Below, piece after piece: positions 11,763 to 22,364 of a stretch of 64,000 bases of DNA. Source of the stretch: Okamejei kenojei (Eukaryota); contig CM069142.1 in the NCBI GenBank assembly GCA_035221665.1, positions 34,596,001 through 34,660,000 of the forward strand, given 5' to 3'. Below the pieces are notes generated by a model. It saw only the letters and a program-made list of their open reading frames with translations. It was not told where the DNA came from and ran no database searches. The translations under genes and the position numbers were made by a program. The first letter of the stretch is position 1; every line of letters begins with the position of its first letter.

Positions 11763-12729
11763 AAACACATTTTACAAATATTTGAGCTTGAAAAATGTTT
11801 ACAGTGTAACATCAAAAATATTTTTTGCTTGTTACAGTGTTAAAAGCCCAGAGTGCAAACCACCACTTGTATAAATTCCAGGGGGCAGCTTCACGTTGAT
11901 GTAATACAGAGGTTCATTAGAGCAAGATGGCTCATTTGCATATTTTATTTTTAAGCAGACCATCTGTTCGAAGTTGGCATGAATTAAGTCAAAGCACTGG
12001 CATTTCCGAATGTAACACTGTGAACCCAGTCAAAACTCGAAGCTGATTAGCCAAGCCAATGGGGATAAGGACTATCGCTGCTCAAAACCTGAGCTGGGAG
12101 CCGAAAGCCAAATAAAAAAAAAAAAATCCTGCTGCCATCTTCCCTCAGCGGTACGCAGATCTGGGGAGCTTGGGTGTCGTGAATATTTGTGGGGTGGTGA
12201 ATTCAATAAGAGATGCTGCCTGACCTACTGAGTTACTCCAGCACTTTGTGTTTATCTTTGGTATAAATCACCATCTGCAGTCCTTTGTCTCTACATATGG
12301 GTTGGTGTAATGTAAAGGTGAAAACAGGCTTGCCAGAAAAAATGGAGTTGTCTTCTAACTTCTTATGTGAACAGGTACATGAATAGGACAGGTTTAGATG
12401 GATATGGGCCAAACGCACACAAGTGGGGACTAGTGTAGGTCGACCAATGATATGGGACAAAATCGGGCAAATGGGAGTAACTTTGATGGAGCATGTTGGT
12501 CAGCATGTGCAAGTTGGGACAAAGGGCCTGTTTCCATGCTGTACGACTCGATAAACGGTACACTCTACATTAAACCTCATATTACACGACGTTCCACATT
12601 TGTAACCTTGCATAAATTAGCCGGCGTTGAAGATCTGCCAATTGCCTGCAGGCTGTGAGAAAATCATGAAAAGGATACTTCTTTGAATAACATTCAATGG
12701 CAAGCTCACTGCTCATTTGTACAGATATC

Positions 12730-13135
12730 CCTGGAAGAACAGGAAAGCCCAGACCATCACACAAGCCAACCTCCCTCCATTGACACCATCTACACCTCAC
12801 GCTGCCTCGGCAAGGCCAGCAGCATAATCAAGGACGAGTCACAACCCAGTCACTCCCTCTTCTCTGAAAGAGAATGCTTCTTCTTCTTCTGTGAAAACAC
12901 ACACCTTTGCATTCAGGGACAGTTTCTTCCCAGCTGTTATCAGGCAACTGAATGATCCTATCAACAATTTAGAGAGTGGTCCTGAGGTGATACTGCTATC
13001 CACCTCACTGGAGACCCTCAGGCTATCTTTGATCTGATTTTACTAGATTCTATCGCACTAAACATTATTCGTGTTATCCCCTTTATCATGTATCTGTACA
13101 CTATGGATGGCTCGATTGTAATCATGTATCTCTGT
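12730..13135 (+). mobile_element. Rex1/Babar LINE 3' fragment
   Basis: PPSIDTIYTSRCLGKASSIIKDESQPSHSLFS peptide, typical of the Rex1 C-terminus, plus 3'UTR. Confidence 0.75.
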
Positions 13136-13559
13136 ATCGTCACCTCACAATAAACCAAACTACAAAAGTCAAAAGCGCTGAGCAATATCACAGAGCTGAT
13201 TGTCACTTGTGTTGCTGACAGGCGGAGTAGTGACTGTGCTCTTTGTCCGTCTGTTCCCCGACCCACAAGCATTGCATCTACAGCGTCACCGCTGTATATA
13301 ATGGGCACGTGCCAGGCACACCTGCTCTCCCTCGAGGGTGAGAAGTCCCATTCTCCAAGCAAGTAATTCCAGTCCGTCACATTTCCAGATCAAATCCTGA
13401 ATGCTTCCAGCACGTTAAAGGCCCATTCTTTTTTTATGCCCAATTGCTGCTAAACAGAAGTCTCCACTTCTGTTTCTGAAGAAGGGCCCCGACCTGAAAC
13501 ATCACCTACCCGGCGATAGCGTTGCTGCCTCGTAACCAAAGATACTAGACTCACAACAC

Positions 13560-13840
13560 CACAGACCCGGGTTCGACCACAGACTGCGTGTGCTGTCAGC
13601 ACGGAGTTTGTACCTGCTCCCTGTGACCGCGTGGGTTTTCTCCGGGTGCTCCGGTTTCCTCCCACATCTCAAAGACACGTGGGTTTGCAGGTTAATTGAC
13701 TTCTGTAAATTGCCCCTAGTATTTAGGGAGTGAATGCGAAAACAGGATAACATAGAACTAGTGTGAGCGGGCGATCGATGGTCAGCGCAGACACGGTGAG
13801 CCAAAGGGCCTGTTTCCAGGCTGTATCTCTAAAGCTAATC
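13560..13840 (+). mobile_element. HE1-like V-SINE
   Basis: gacccgggttcga B-box, V-domain, gggcctgtttcc..tgtatctctaaa tail. Confidence 0.8.
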
Positions 13841-14766
13841 CTAAAATTATCCATGTTCTCCAGGAATGCTGCCTGACCCACTGAGTTACTCCAGCACTTT
13901 GTGTCTTTTTTGGTGTAAACCAGCTTCTGGGGTTCTTTGTGACTCCACCGGTTTGTATCCATCTACATATTCCACCAATATTACTCCCTCCGTCTTTACA
14001 ATTCACTCCGTCTTCTCTCCTTATCTAATGCCTTTTTGTCTCCTTTTCACCTCCAGCCTTTGTCACTCGCTCCACCCATCTGCCAATCAACCCCCCGCTC
14101 CCCCGTAACCATTTATCACTTGCCAGGGTTTGTCCAGCCCCCGCTGTCATTACTCTTCCAGCTTTGTTTTCCAATCCCCCTCATCCACCCTACAATCAAC
14201 CTGAAGAAGGGTCCTGACCCAAACCGTCACCTATCCATGTTATCCAGAGGTGCTGCCTGGCCCGATGAGTCAAAGGCTTTGGTGGACCGAGCGAAAAGGT
14301 CACCCAGTCTGCGTTTGGTCTTGCCAATGTACAGGAAGCCATATCGGGACCACCGCTCGGTCCGCCACGTGGCACTCAGTCCACCAAGGCCTGCTGGATC
14401 TCCCGGTTGCCAACTCTTTCAACTCCCCTTCGCATTCCCACACTGAACTTTCTGTCCCGAGCCTCCTCCATTGCCTCGGACTGAAAGGTCGGTGAGGGAG
14501 TGGGAAGAGGAGTTAGTCAGCAGCCGGGAGATCCAACAGGCCTTGGCAAACCACGGCTCGTGACACTATTGAATGTAAAGACACTGAGAACGTGTGAAGG
14601 GTTCTTGCACAGTTTTTGTCTTGGATATATTTTTTATTCTGCACAAAGTACATTTTTGGAAAATATACCAGTCAGACGGAAGACAACTAGGCTGCCGATA
14701 TAGAGATACAAACAACTACAGAAGCTGGTTTGCACAATAGGACACTGTGCTGGAGTAACTCAGCAG

Positions 14767-14799
14767 CAAAGATCCTATAGCGGAACTGCAGGATCTTTG
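14767..14799. mobile_element. 33-bp MITE with 14-bp TIRs and an 8-bp TSD
   Basis: caaagatcctatag...ctgcaggatctttg flanked by ctcagcag at 14759-14766 and 14800-14807, inside a Penelope pLTR copy. Confidence 0.7.
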
Positions 14800-15034
14800 C
14801 TCAGCAGGTCAGGCAGCATCTGTGGAGAAAATGGATGGGTGATGTTCCAGGTCGAGACCCTTCTTAGACTGATCTAAAAATACTCTGCCTTCACCATTAT
14901 GCCCACATATACCATCAAACTGGAACTAGGTTGCAATTTCAACCCAGTTTTTACATTCGACAGTATATAATCTCTTTTTCAATTTTTTTTTTCCCTTTTA
15001 CTGTTTTTATGGATCTTAAACTTTCCAAAGAAAG

Positions 15035-15305
15035 GGAGCAGCATGGTGGCACAGCGGTTGTGTTGCTGCCTTACAGCGCCAGAGACCCTGGGTTCAATCC
15101 TGACTACGGGTGCTGTCTATACGGAGTTTGTATGTTCTCTCTGTGTTTTCCTCCCATACTCCAAAGCTGTGCAAGTTTGTAGGTTAATTGGTTTCTGCAA
15201 ATTGTAATTGTCCCTAGTGTGTCGGATAGTGCTGGTGTACGGGGTGACCAATGGATGGTGTGGATTGGTGGGCCCGTTTCTACACTGTATCTTTAAAGTC
15301 TAAAG
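15035..15305 (+). mobile_element. HE1-like V-SINE
   Basis: Head gcatggtggcacagcgg..gggttcaatcc and V-domain. Confidence 0.8.
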
Positions 15306-15728
15306 TATAAAGAAAGAAACAGATAAACAGCAGGGAATCTGAGTTGGAAACAGAAAATACAGCAAAGTAGGAGATCTGGGGGAGAGGAGTGAAGATGATT
15401 TGCTAATGTATTGAGACCGAGATCCTTTCAATGTCAGGCTGAGAGTAATCAAGCAAGCTGTTACATTACGCAAAGCAGACGAGGAAGAGAGAGAGCCAAC
15501 AGATGCTGCACAATATGTGGGTGGAAGCAAGCATAAACTGATTAATCGGGAGTTGATTAAAAAGATTGTTTTGTGCTAGCGGATGCGTAGAACAGTACAG
15601 CACAGGAACAGGCCCTTTGACCCACAATGTCCATGCTGAACATGATGCCAAATAAAATAGTGAGATTAAATGAGAACTTACCAGTTCGAAGTTTGATCTG
15701 TATTTTATGAGGAGTTACGATGAGGGAT

Positions 15729-15765
15729 TACGTGAAGACCCCGTCCAGCACGCATGCGCGACATT
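15729..15765. repeat. DIRS inverted terminal repeat (3' copy)
   Basis: tacgtgaagaccccgtccagcacgcatgcgcgacatt is the exact reverse complement of 20225-20261. Confidence 0.92.
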
Positions 15766-15969
15766 CTTCAAAGCAGCGGTGTGGATACACAGAAAAAACA
15801 CAACAATTGAAATAAATATAGTAAAGAAAAAATAAGAACTTAATTACCAGTTGATCTGTATACTAGAGGGTGGGAGCGGAGGGCACGTAATCCCTCATCA
15901 ATAACCTGTTTGTGAACAAAAAGGTTTTTTTAATGACAACAAAAAACAGAGAGCTCCCCCGGGCTTAAA

Positions 15970-16956
15970 TTAAATATTATCTGCAGACTCTAAAATTCTG
16001 TCTACAAATGTAGCAGGTTCCGCCAGCGGCTTATTATAAAACCTTTGGAAAGTTCTTTCTGGGGACCATCCTGCTCTGGCCAGAATATGGTCCATAGGCA
16101 CGTCCATTCGCCTAGCTGCCGACGTAGATGCAGCCCTGGTGGAGTGAGATTTGTAAACATTAGTATTGACTCCCGTGGACTTAAGCACCTGCTTGAGCCA
16201 CCTTGAAATGGTTTGGCTTGTCACGTGACCATGAGGCTTCTTGTGGCTTATCCATAAGGCATTTTCTCTCCCTCTTAAGTTGTATGTTGTGTCTATGTAA
16301 TTTGCGAGATGGGTCTTGGCACACAGCCGTGGGTCAGATGAATATGCCCGGAACTCCATGACTGGAGGCGTGGTATCTGGTCTAGTTTGTTTGACCAGTC
16401 CCTGAATATGGAATGCGAAACAGTCCAATGGCTCTGTCATGCTGTTCAGCCTCAGAAGGTGGAGGGACTGTACCCTTTGTGCTGACACTAGTGCCATGAG
16501 CATGACTGATTTCAGAGTAAGTTGTTCCAGCGTGAGTGACCTGGGTGGTGGCCATCCTCTAAGGTACGTCAGCACAATGCTGACATCCCAGATCTGAGAG
16601 TACCTTGCTCTGGGGGAATTAGTGTTAAAAATGCCCCTCATGATTTTGACCACTAGTGGATGGGACCCCAAAGCCTGTTGTCCTGCTGCTGGAACCAAAT
16701 AAGCTGACAGCGCACTCCTGGCTGTATTGATGGCGCTGTAGCTGAGTCCTTCCCGATGTAATCCAACCAGGAACTCCACAACACTTGTGGCTGTAGCTGT
16801 TGGGTAGGTAGTTCCTGTTTTGGAGCAATACCGTTCCCATTTCCTTATGTTGGTCAGGTATTGTCTCCTGGTGGACTCCCGGTGGGGTGCGGTCATCATG
16901 TTGATGGCGTCCTCAGACAGTCCCAGGCCCAGTAGAGGTCTTTTTAGAATCTGCAA
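15970..16956 (-). CDS. DIRS tyrosine recombinase (uninterrupted ORF, 328 aa)
   Basis: N-terminal SAM-like region (GLSYSAINTARSALS); catalytic R (AQRVQ), HSTR, W and Y (FQRFYNK). Confidence 0.9.
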   Translation of the reverse strand: MQILKRPLLGLGLSEDAINMMTAPHRESTRRQYLTNIRKWERYCSKTGTTYPTATATSVVEFLVGLHREGLSYSAINTARSALSAYLVPAAGQQALGSHPLVVKIMRGIFNTNSPRARYSQIWDVSIVLTYLRGWPPPRSLTLEQLTLKSVMLMALVSAQRVQSLHLLRLNSMTEPLDCFAFHIQGLVKQTRPDTTPPVMEFRAYSSDPRLCAKTHLANYIDTTYNLRGRENALWISHKKPHGHVTSQTISRWLKQVLKSTGVNTNVYKSHSTRAASTSAARRMDVPMDHILARAGWSPERTFQRFYNKPLAEPATFVDRILESADNI

Positions 16957-18977
16957 GCCAAGAGATTGACTCTGTCATGGCACGGGTGACTAATGCCTGA
17001 CACTGGGTGGATTAATAATTCTGGACTGCTGGGGAATTCCAACGGTGTTTTGACAGCCATGTCGAGGGCCACTGGGAACCATGGCTGTGTAGGCCAGTTG
17101 GGTATTATCAAGATTCCTGAATCGGAATCCAATTGAATCTTGCGTAATACCCGACTGATGAGGCAGAAGGGAGCATAAAATAACATTTTCCCCCAATGCA
17201 GCGTGAATGCATCAACTGCTGCTGCCTCAGGGTCTGGTTCCCAAGCGACATACGTTGGTACCTGGTGATTCAGCCTGGATGCAAATAGATCGATATCTGA
17301 TGTGCCATATTGCTTTGTAATTTCAGCAAATACTTTGGGATTTAACATCCATTCGATGTTATCGTTAAATTTGCGTGACCTGGTGTCTGCCACTGTATTT
17401 TGCTTACCTGGTAGGTAAGTTGCTGATAACCAAATATGTCTTTCGACACACCATTGCCAGATTAGGTTGACCAAATTGTCACACGATATCGACTTTACAC
17501 CACCCATGTGGTTGAAATAAGCCACCACCGTGGTATTATCTAATTGCAACCGAACATGTGCATGATGCGTATTAGATGAATATGCTTTTAAACCATAAAA
17601 TGCACCCAACATTTTTAAGTAGTTGATACCCCGTGTCTGTAGGCAAGATGATTCAGAATTAGTCCATCTGCCCCCTGTGCTGGATTGCATGTTAGTTGCT
17701 CCCCAGCCCAAAGCACTGGCATCCGTTTGAATGGTTAATACTGGGTTGGTGATTATTATGGGACTGGAACTGAGCCTAACGTTCCTTGTCCACCATTGTA
17801 ACTCTGGAATGGATTCAGCAGTTAAATTCATAACTTGGTCAAAGTGACCTGAGTTTTGCTTTAGTGCGTGCACTTTTGCTCTTTGCAAATTTTGATAGTG
17901 CAAAGGCCCAAATTGTACAGCTGGAAAAGCTGCTACCATTTTACCAATAACTCTGGCTACCTGCCGTATGGTTGACTGATGTTTATCCATTAGTTCACTG
18001 CAAGATAGTGCCAATTCTGATGCTTTCCCCTTTGGCAGAGTTACAATCATGCGAACAGTATCAATCTTAAATCCAGGATAGTCCATGGTAGTAGACAGTG
18101 TAAAATTGGATTTATCTGGATGTATGACAAACCCCAAAGTTTCAAACAAACGTTTGGTGGCTGCTACTGCCAAAATAGCTGTCTCCAAGGTTTTCCCTAC
18201 TATTAAAATGTCGTCTAAGTACGCCATGACTATATGCTTTTGTTTCCTCAATAATGCCAAAGCGGGTTTTAAGATTTTAGTGAACAACCTTGGAGCGGAG
18301 GTTAGTCCATTTGGTAAGGCTTTAAATTGCCATAGCTATTTCATCCAGATAAACTTTAAATATTTACGATGTTCATTGTGTACGGGTACTGAGTAGTAGG
18401 CATCTTTTAAATCAATGCTTGCTAGAAAGTAACCCCTAGAAATCAATAGTCTGGCTGTTTCAAAAGTTTCCATCTTGAAATGTATATACTTAACAGACTT
18501 GTTTAAAGTAGTTAAGTCAATGATGATGCGACATCCACCATCTTTTTTAGTTTTAGTGAAAATATTAGACACAAATTCCAAAGGTTTATGTTTTGTTCTT
18601 TCAATGACACCTTTTGCTAGTAGCCTCATCAGTTCAGCTTGACCCTCTTGTTTCTCTTTGACTGAGAGAGTGAATACCCTTTGGGGTATATGCTGAACTG
18701 GTGGAATGTTTTCATGAACAAAGTCAATTTTATAACCATGAATGCTGCTGAGTATATACTTGTCATTAGTGATGTATTCCCATGCATCCAAAAGCAAGTG
18801 CAATCTTCCCCCTGTTAGTATAGAGCCCCTACTGCTCATATGCTGAGAGGAACCAGACCCACCTACCTCCATGGTTACTGGTGCTTCTTCTGCCTCTTCG
18901 CTGGATGATGAGGTCTCTGCTGGGCTGTAGCGGGCTGCTGTTGATGTTGCTGTTGTTGGGGGTGGCGCATTTTCCAT
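16944..18977 (-). pseudogene. DIRS pol: reverse transcriptase - RNase H - adenine methyltransferase-like domain, with one in-frame stop
   Basis: RIIIDL, IDLKDAY, ALPNGLTSAP and YLDD (RT); TDAS..DN..AD (RNase H); DLFASRLN..FYAPF (MT). A TAG at 18336-18338 separates two ORFs in the same frame. Confidence 0.9.
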
Positions 18978-20090
18978 GGGGTCCGCTCTGGGCCCTGGCC
19001 TAAAAAAGGCTTATGGGGAATGGTTGCGGACCCCGAGCTTTCACCAGTCGCATATGGTGATCGACGACTGGTGGACGCCATGGGGTACTGCCGCCTGGGT
19101 TTGTTAGGTCTGCTCGGTCCCAAACCTGCCATCACGAAACCAAAGGTCTTGGATTCTTCCTCTACGTCTTTCACCTTTTTCGGAAAGTGCTTTCCAAAGA
19201 GCAGAATTGGAGGTTCTGACCCCGGTGTTTTGCAAAGTCCCGCAAATTTAGGGTTGAGGGCAGGCTTGATGATTTCTTTCCGTAAATTGTTTATCTCATA
19301 TTTAGTGGTGCACAGCAGAGCTAATGTGTCTTGCTGATTTGTGGAGATGTCCGCACCATCAATGGACCGAGCATATGATGTTATTCCTGCAGTCAGGAGT
19401 TTAAGGATTTTCTGGAGCTTCAACTCCAGGTTCCTGATGTTCTGCCCCAAATGTCCCCAAATTTGGCTGTTTACAGCTGGTACATTCAATGATGTACAAT
19501 TTTCTGGGGCTGTATATAGTTGAAGAGCCTCATTGACCACCTGTTCTTGTAGGGGTTTTGAGGACAGGTGGTCAATGCTGGCTGCAAGTTTCGGCTCTAA
19601 TGGCCGACCCGCTCGTGGAATGGCCACGTAGCGGTTGACCACACCCAGCAGCTCTTCCTGATCCTGTACACCCTGCGTACTCCGGACATCTTCAGCCAGC
19701 AACCCCTCTTCTTGACCAGCCCAGACCTGGTCGCCAATGCTGCCTTCAATAGAAGGTGAAGCAATGGCCAGTGCCGTAATGGGCACTGCGGGAGTGCCTG
19801 AGCTCCCTTGGTGAGTCTGCTGCTGCTCTCTCAGCAGATCTCACTGGAGCAATTGTTCCATTCAGCTTAGGCGGCTGCCTGTGCCGCTCTCGAGCGGTGA
19901 GGCATCTTCATCCGAATCGTCGGATACTACCGCCCGGTTCTGGCTGCAGGTACCTCCAGCCCGCTGCTCAGGCAGCACGAGCGGTGCTGGGCTCGGCTCG
20001 GTAGTTATTCCCGCTGCCTCTTGCCCCCCCTCCAAAGAACGTTCCTCAATGGAAGACGAATGGGGGCGAGCTGCAGATTTCTTCCCTCAT
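18875..20090 (-). pseudogene. DIRS gag-like ORF1
   Basis: ORF 18875-19786 (PENCTSLNVPAVNSQIW..NNLRKEIIKP). The frame extends upstream to ~20085 through TGA stops that look like CpG decay of CGA. Confidence 0.8.
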
Positions 20091-20224
20091 TCTCCTGGAA
20101 CATAAAGCAGACCACAGAGAAAATACACACGGCCACGGTAAAACTTACCTGTCGGCCGGACTTTTCAATTTGTAGCGGGAGCGCCTTGAACTCCTGTTCG
20201 TCGCGGGTGCACTGCATGGACGCT

Positions 20225-20261
20225 AATGTCGCGCATGCGTGCTGGACGGGGTCTTCACGTA
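20225..20261. repeat. DIRS inverted terminal repeat (5' copy)
   Basis: Reverse complement of 15729-15765. Confidence 0.92.
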
Positions 20262-20443
20262 GTCACTCACGTGACTCCGAAATAAAATTAATCTCCCCTA
20301 TCTGAAGGGTCCCAACCCGAAACATTACCTATCCATGTTCTTCAGTCTGAAGAAGGGTTCAAACACAAAACATCACCCATCTTTTTCTCCAGAGATGATG
20401 CCTGACCCGCTGAGTTACTACAGCACTTTGTGTCTTTTTTTAT

Positions 20444-20730
20444 GTGGTGAGGCTGGTGGAGCCGCTGCCTCACAGAACCAGAGACCCAGGTTCGATCGTG
20501 ATCTCGGGTGCTGTCTGTGTGTGGAGTTTGCATGTTCTCCCTGTGACTGTGTGGGTTTGCTCCGGGTGCTACGGTTTCCTCCCACATCACGAAGATGCGC
20601 TGGTTAATTGACCTTCTGTAAATTGTCCCCCAGTGTGCAGGGAGTGGATGAGGAAGTGGGATAACTTAGTACTAATGTGAATGGCGTGGATTTGGTGGGT
20701 TGTAGGCCATGTTTATTTCGAAACTAAACC
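20444..20730 (+). mobile_element. HE1-like V-SINE
   Basis: B-box ggttcgatc, V-domain, aaactaaac tail. Confidence 0.75.
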
Positions 20731-20731
20731 A

Positions 20732-21320
20732 CCCTATTTCCCGGCAATGAAGACACTATTTTTTACCCTAAAATAAGGCGCGAAAATGTACCTGTGTCTT
20801 GGAGGCCGAAGGTTAGATTGTTGGCCAAGAAAGATAGACCTGGCTATCCCTCAGTACAGCTGCTGTAAAAGGTCAGCGCCGCTGGGGGGGGGGAAAGAGC
20901 TCCTTCCACAGCGTGTGGGGAGTCTAGCCCGGGTCAGCACGGCTGGGCCACCAGGGGTAAAGTTGCGGGGAGGGCAGGATAGTTGAGAAAGAGGGGGTCA
21001 GGGATCATGCCAGCAACCTACTCAGTAGCTCGGGTGGCCGTGAGCGGCCTCCAGGACCGTCAGCGGAACCGCCCGCCACTTCAGCGCCTTTTGCCGGCCG
21101 TCAGCCAGCCAAGGTGTCCTTCGACACAGCTGTCTCGCTCTCTCGCGCTCTGATGGAGACTCCCCGGTCCTCGTTGCCTCCTTGAAGGTGTTTCTCATCT
21201 TCCTTTCTACTGACCAAACCAAACCATTGATCCTGTCCCACCAGCCTTATATCAAAATGTAGCAACTCAAAATGGGGTGTGTCTTTGACGCAGGTGCATC
21301 TTCATTGCTGGGAAATATGG
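20732..21320. mobile_element. Tc1/mariner (Tc2/pogo-like) MITE
   Basis: TIRs ccctatttcccggcaatgaagac and catcttcattgctgggaaatatgg, with TA on the right flank. Confidence 0.7.
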
Positions 21321-21691
21321 TATATTAGATAGACACAATGTGTAGAAAGGAACTACAGATGCTGGTTTATACGGTGTAGATAGGCACAAAGTGCTGGAAT
21401 TACTCAGTGGGTCAGGCACCGTCTCTGTCGAAAAATATAGGTGATGTTTTGTGTTTGAACCCTTCTTCAGACTGAAAGTAGAGGGGAGGGAAAATGCCAG
21501 AACAAATCCTTAATTGGCCTCTGTAAATCACCCCTATGGTGTAGGAGTGGATGAGAAAGTGAGATGACATAGAACTAGTGTTAACAGGTGATCGCTGGTC
21601 AGCTTGGAGGCGATGGGCTGAAGAGCCTGTTTCCATGCTGTATCTCCAAACGAAACTAAACTGGTGTCTTTATCTAACTTCATATTTACAG

Positions 21692-22069
21692 GTTTGTGCA
21701 GTGCTCAAAGGAAGGTGCAGATGCAGGAAGGACCCCTGATCAGATCGGAAGGATACCACACAACTATTTGGTGCAACGTATCCGGGTATTCCGGAACTAC
21801 GGAGCAGAACTTCGAGTGGTCGATCTACCTGCCTTCTGCCCCGACCCGACAAATCCAGATCATCAGCACCAACGATCCTGACTATCCCTACGCGATGTAT
21901 GGGAACAGGGTGCAGAATAAGGAGGTGTACGTGGAGAGGATTGACCGTGACTCTGCCCAGCTGCACATTACCAACCTCAAGCTGGGAGATGCCGGGGAAT
22001 ATGAATGCCACACACCCAACACCGAATCCACCTACTGGGGATCGTACAATGCCAAGGGGAATCTGACAG
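21692..22069 (+). CDS. IGSF3: Internal coding exon: first V-type Ig domain of an EWI-family protein (IGSF3-like; CD101 is the alternative)
   Basis: tttacag acceptor and G|gtaggt donor; 378 bp, phase 1 at both ends. Peptide AQRKVQMQEGPLIRSEGYHTTIWCNVSGY..EQNFEWSIYLPSAP..DAGEYECHTPNT..GSYNAK closely resembles human IGSF3 domain 1 as recalled. Confidence 0.88.
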
Positions 22070-22364
22070 GTAGGTGACTCTTGACTTCACATTGCTAGCT
22101 TTTGTTAATGCCACACAAACCTGTCTGGATTGGTGCAGCAGGTGGAGCTGCTGCCTCTAAGCTCCAGGCCACACGACTGTAGATAGACAAAAAGTGCTGG
22201 TGTAACTCAGCGGGTCAGACAGCATCTCTGGAGAACATGGATTGGTGATGTTTTGGATCGGGACCTATTCCTTTTCTCCAGGGATGCTGTCTGACCCGCT
22301 GAGTTACTCCAGCACTTTGCGTCTATCTTCATGTAAACCAGCATCTGCAGTTCTTTCCTCCATG

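Larger units (their letters stand above)
15650..20288 (-). mobile_element. DIRS1-type tyrosine-recombinase retrotransposon, near full length
   Basis: Overlapping gag, RT-RH-MT and YR ORFs. Perfect 37-bp inverted repeat at 15729-15765 and 20225-20261. Internal complementary remnant at 15884-15899. aaataaaat at both junctions. Confidence 0.93.

Noticed and set aside
15970-17300. Phage integrase plus DNA adenine methylase as bacterial contamination or horizontal transfer
   Set aside because: Both are standard DIRS1 domains, embedded with RT/RNase H between ITRs and flanked by host repeats.
21664-22077. Ig domain as a rearranging antigen-receptor V segment (IgNAR/TCR), or as a single-exon 137-aa gene
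   Set aside because: It ends in a GT splice donor with no CACAGTG heptamer/nonamer RSS, the sequence is EWI-type, and the ORF ends are intronic read-through.
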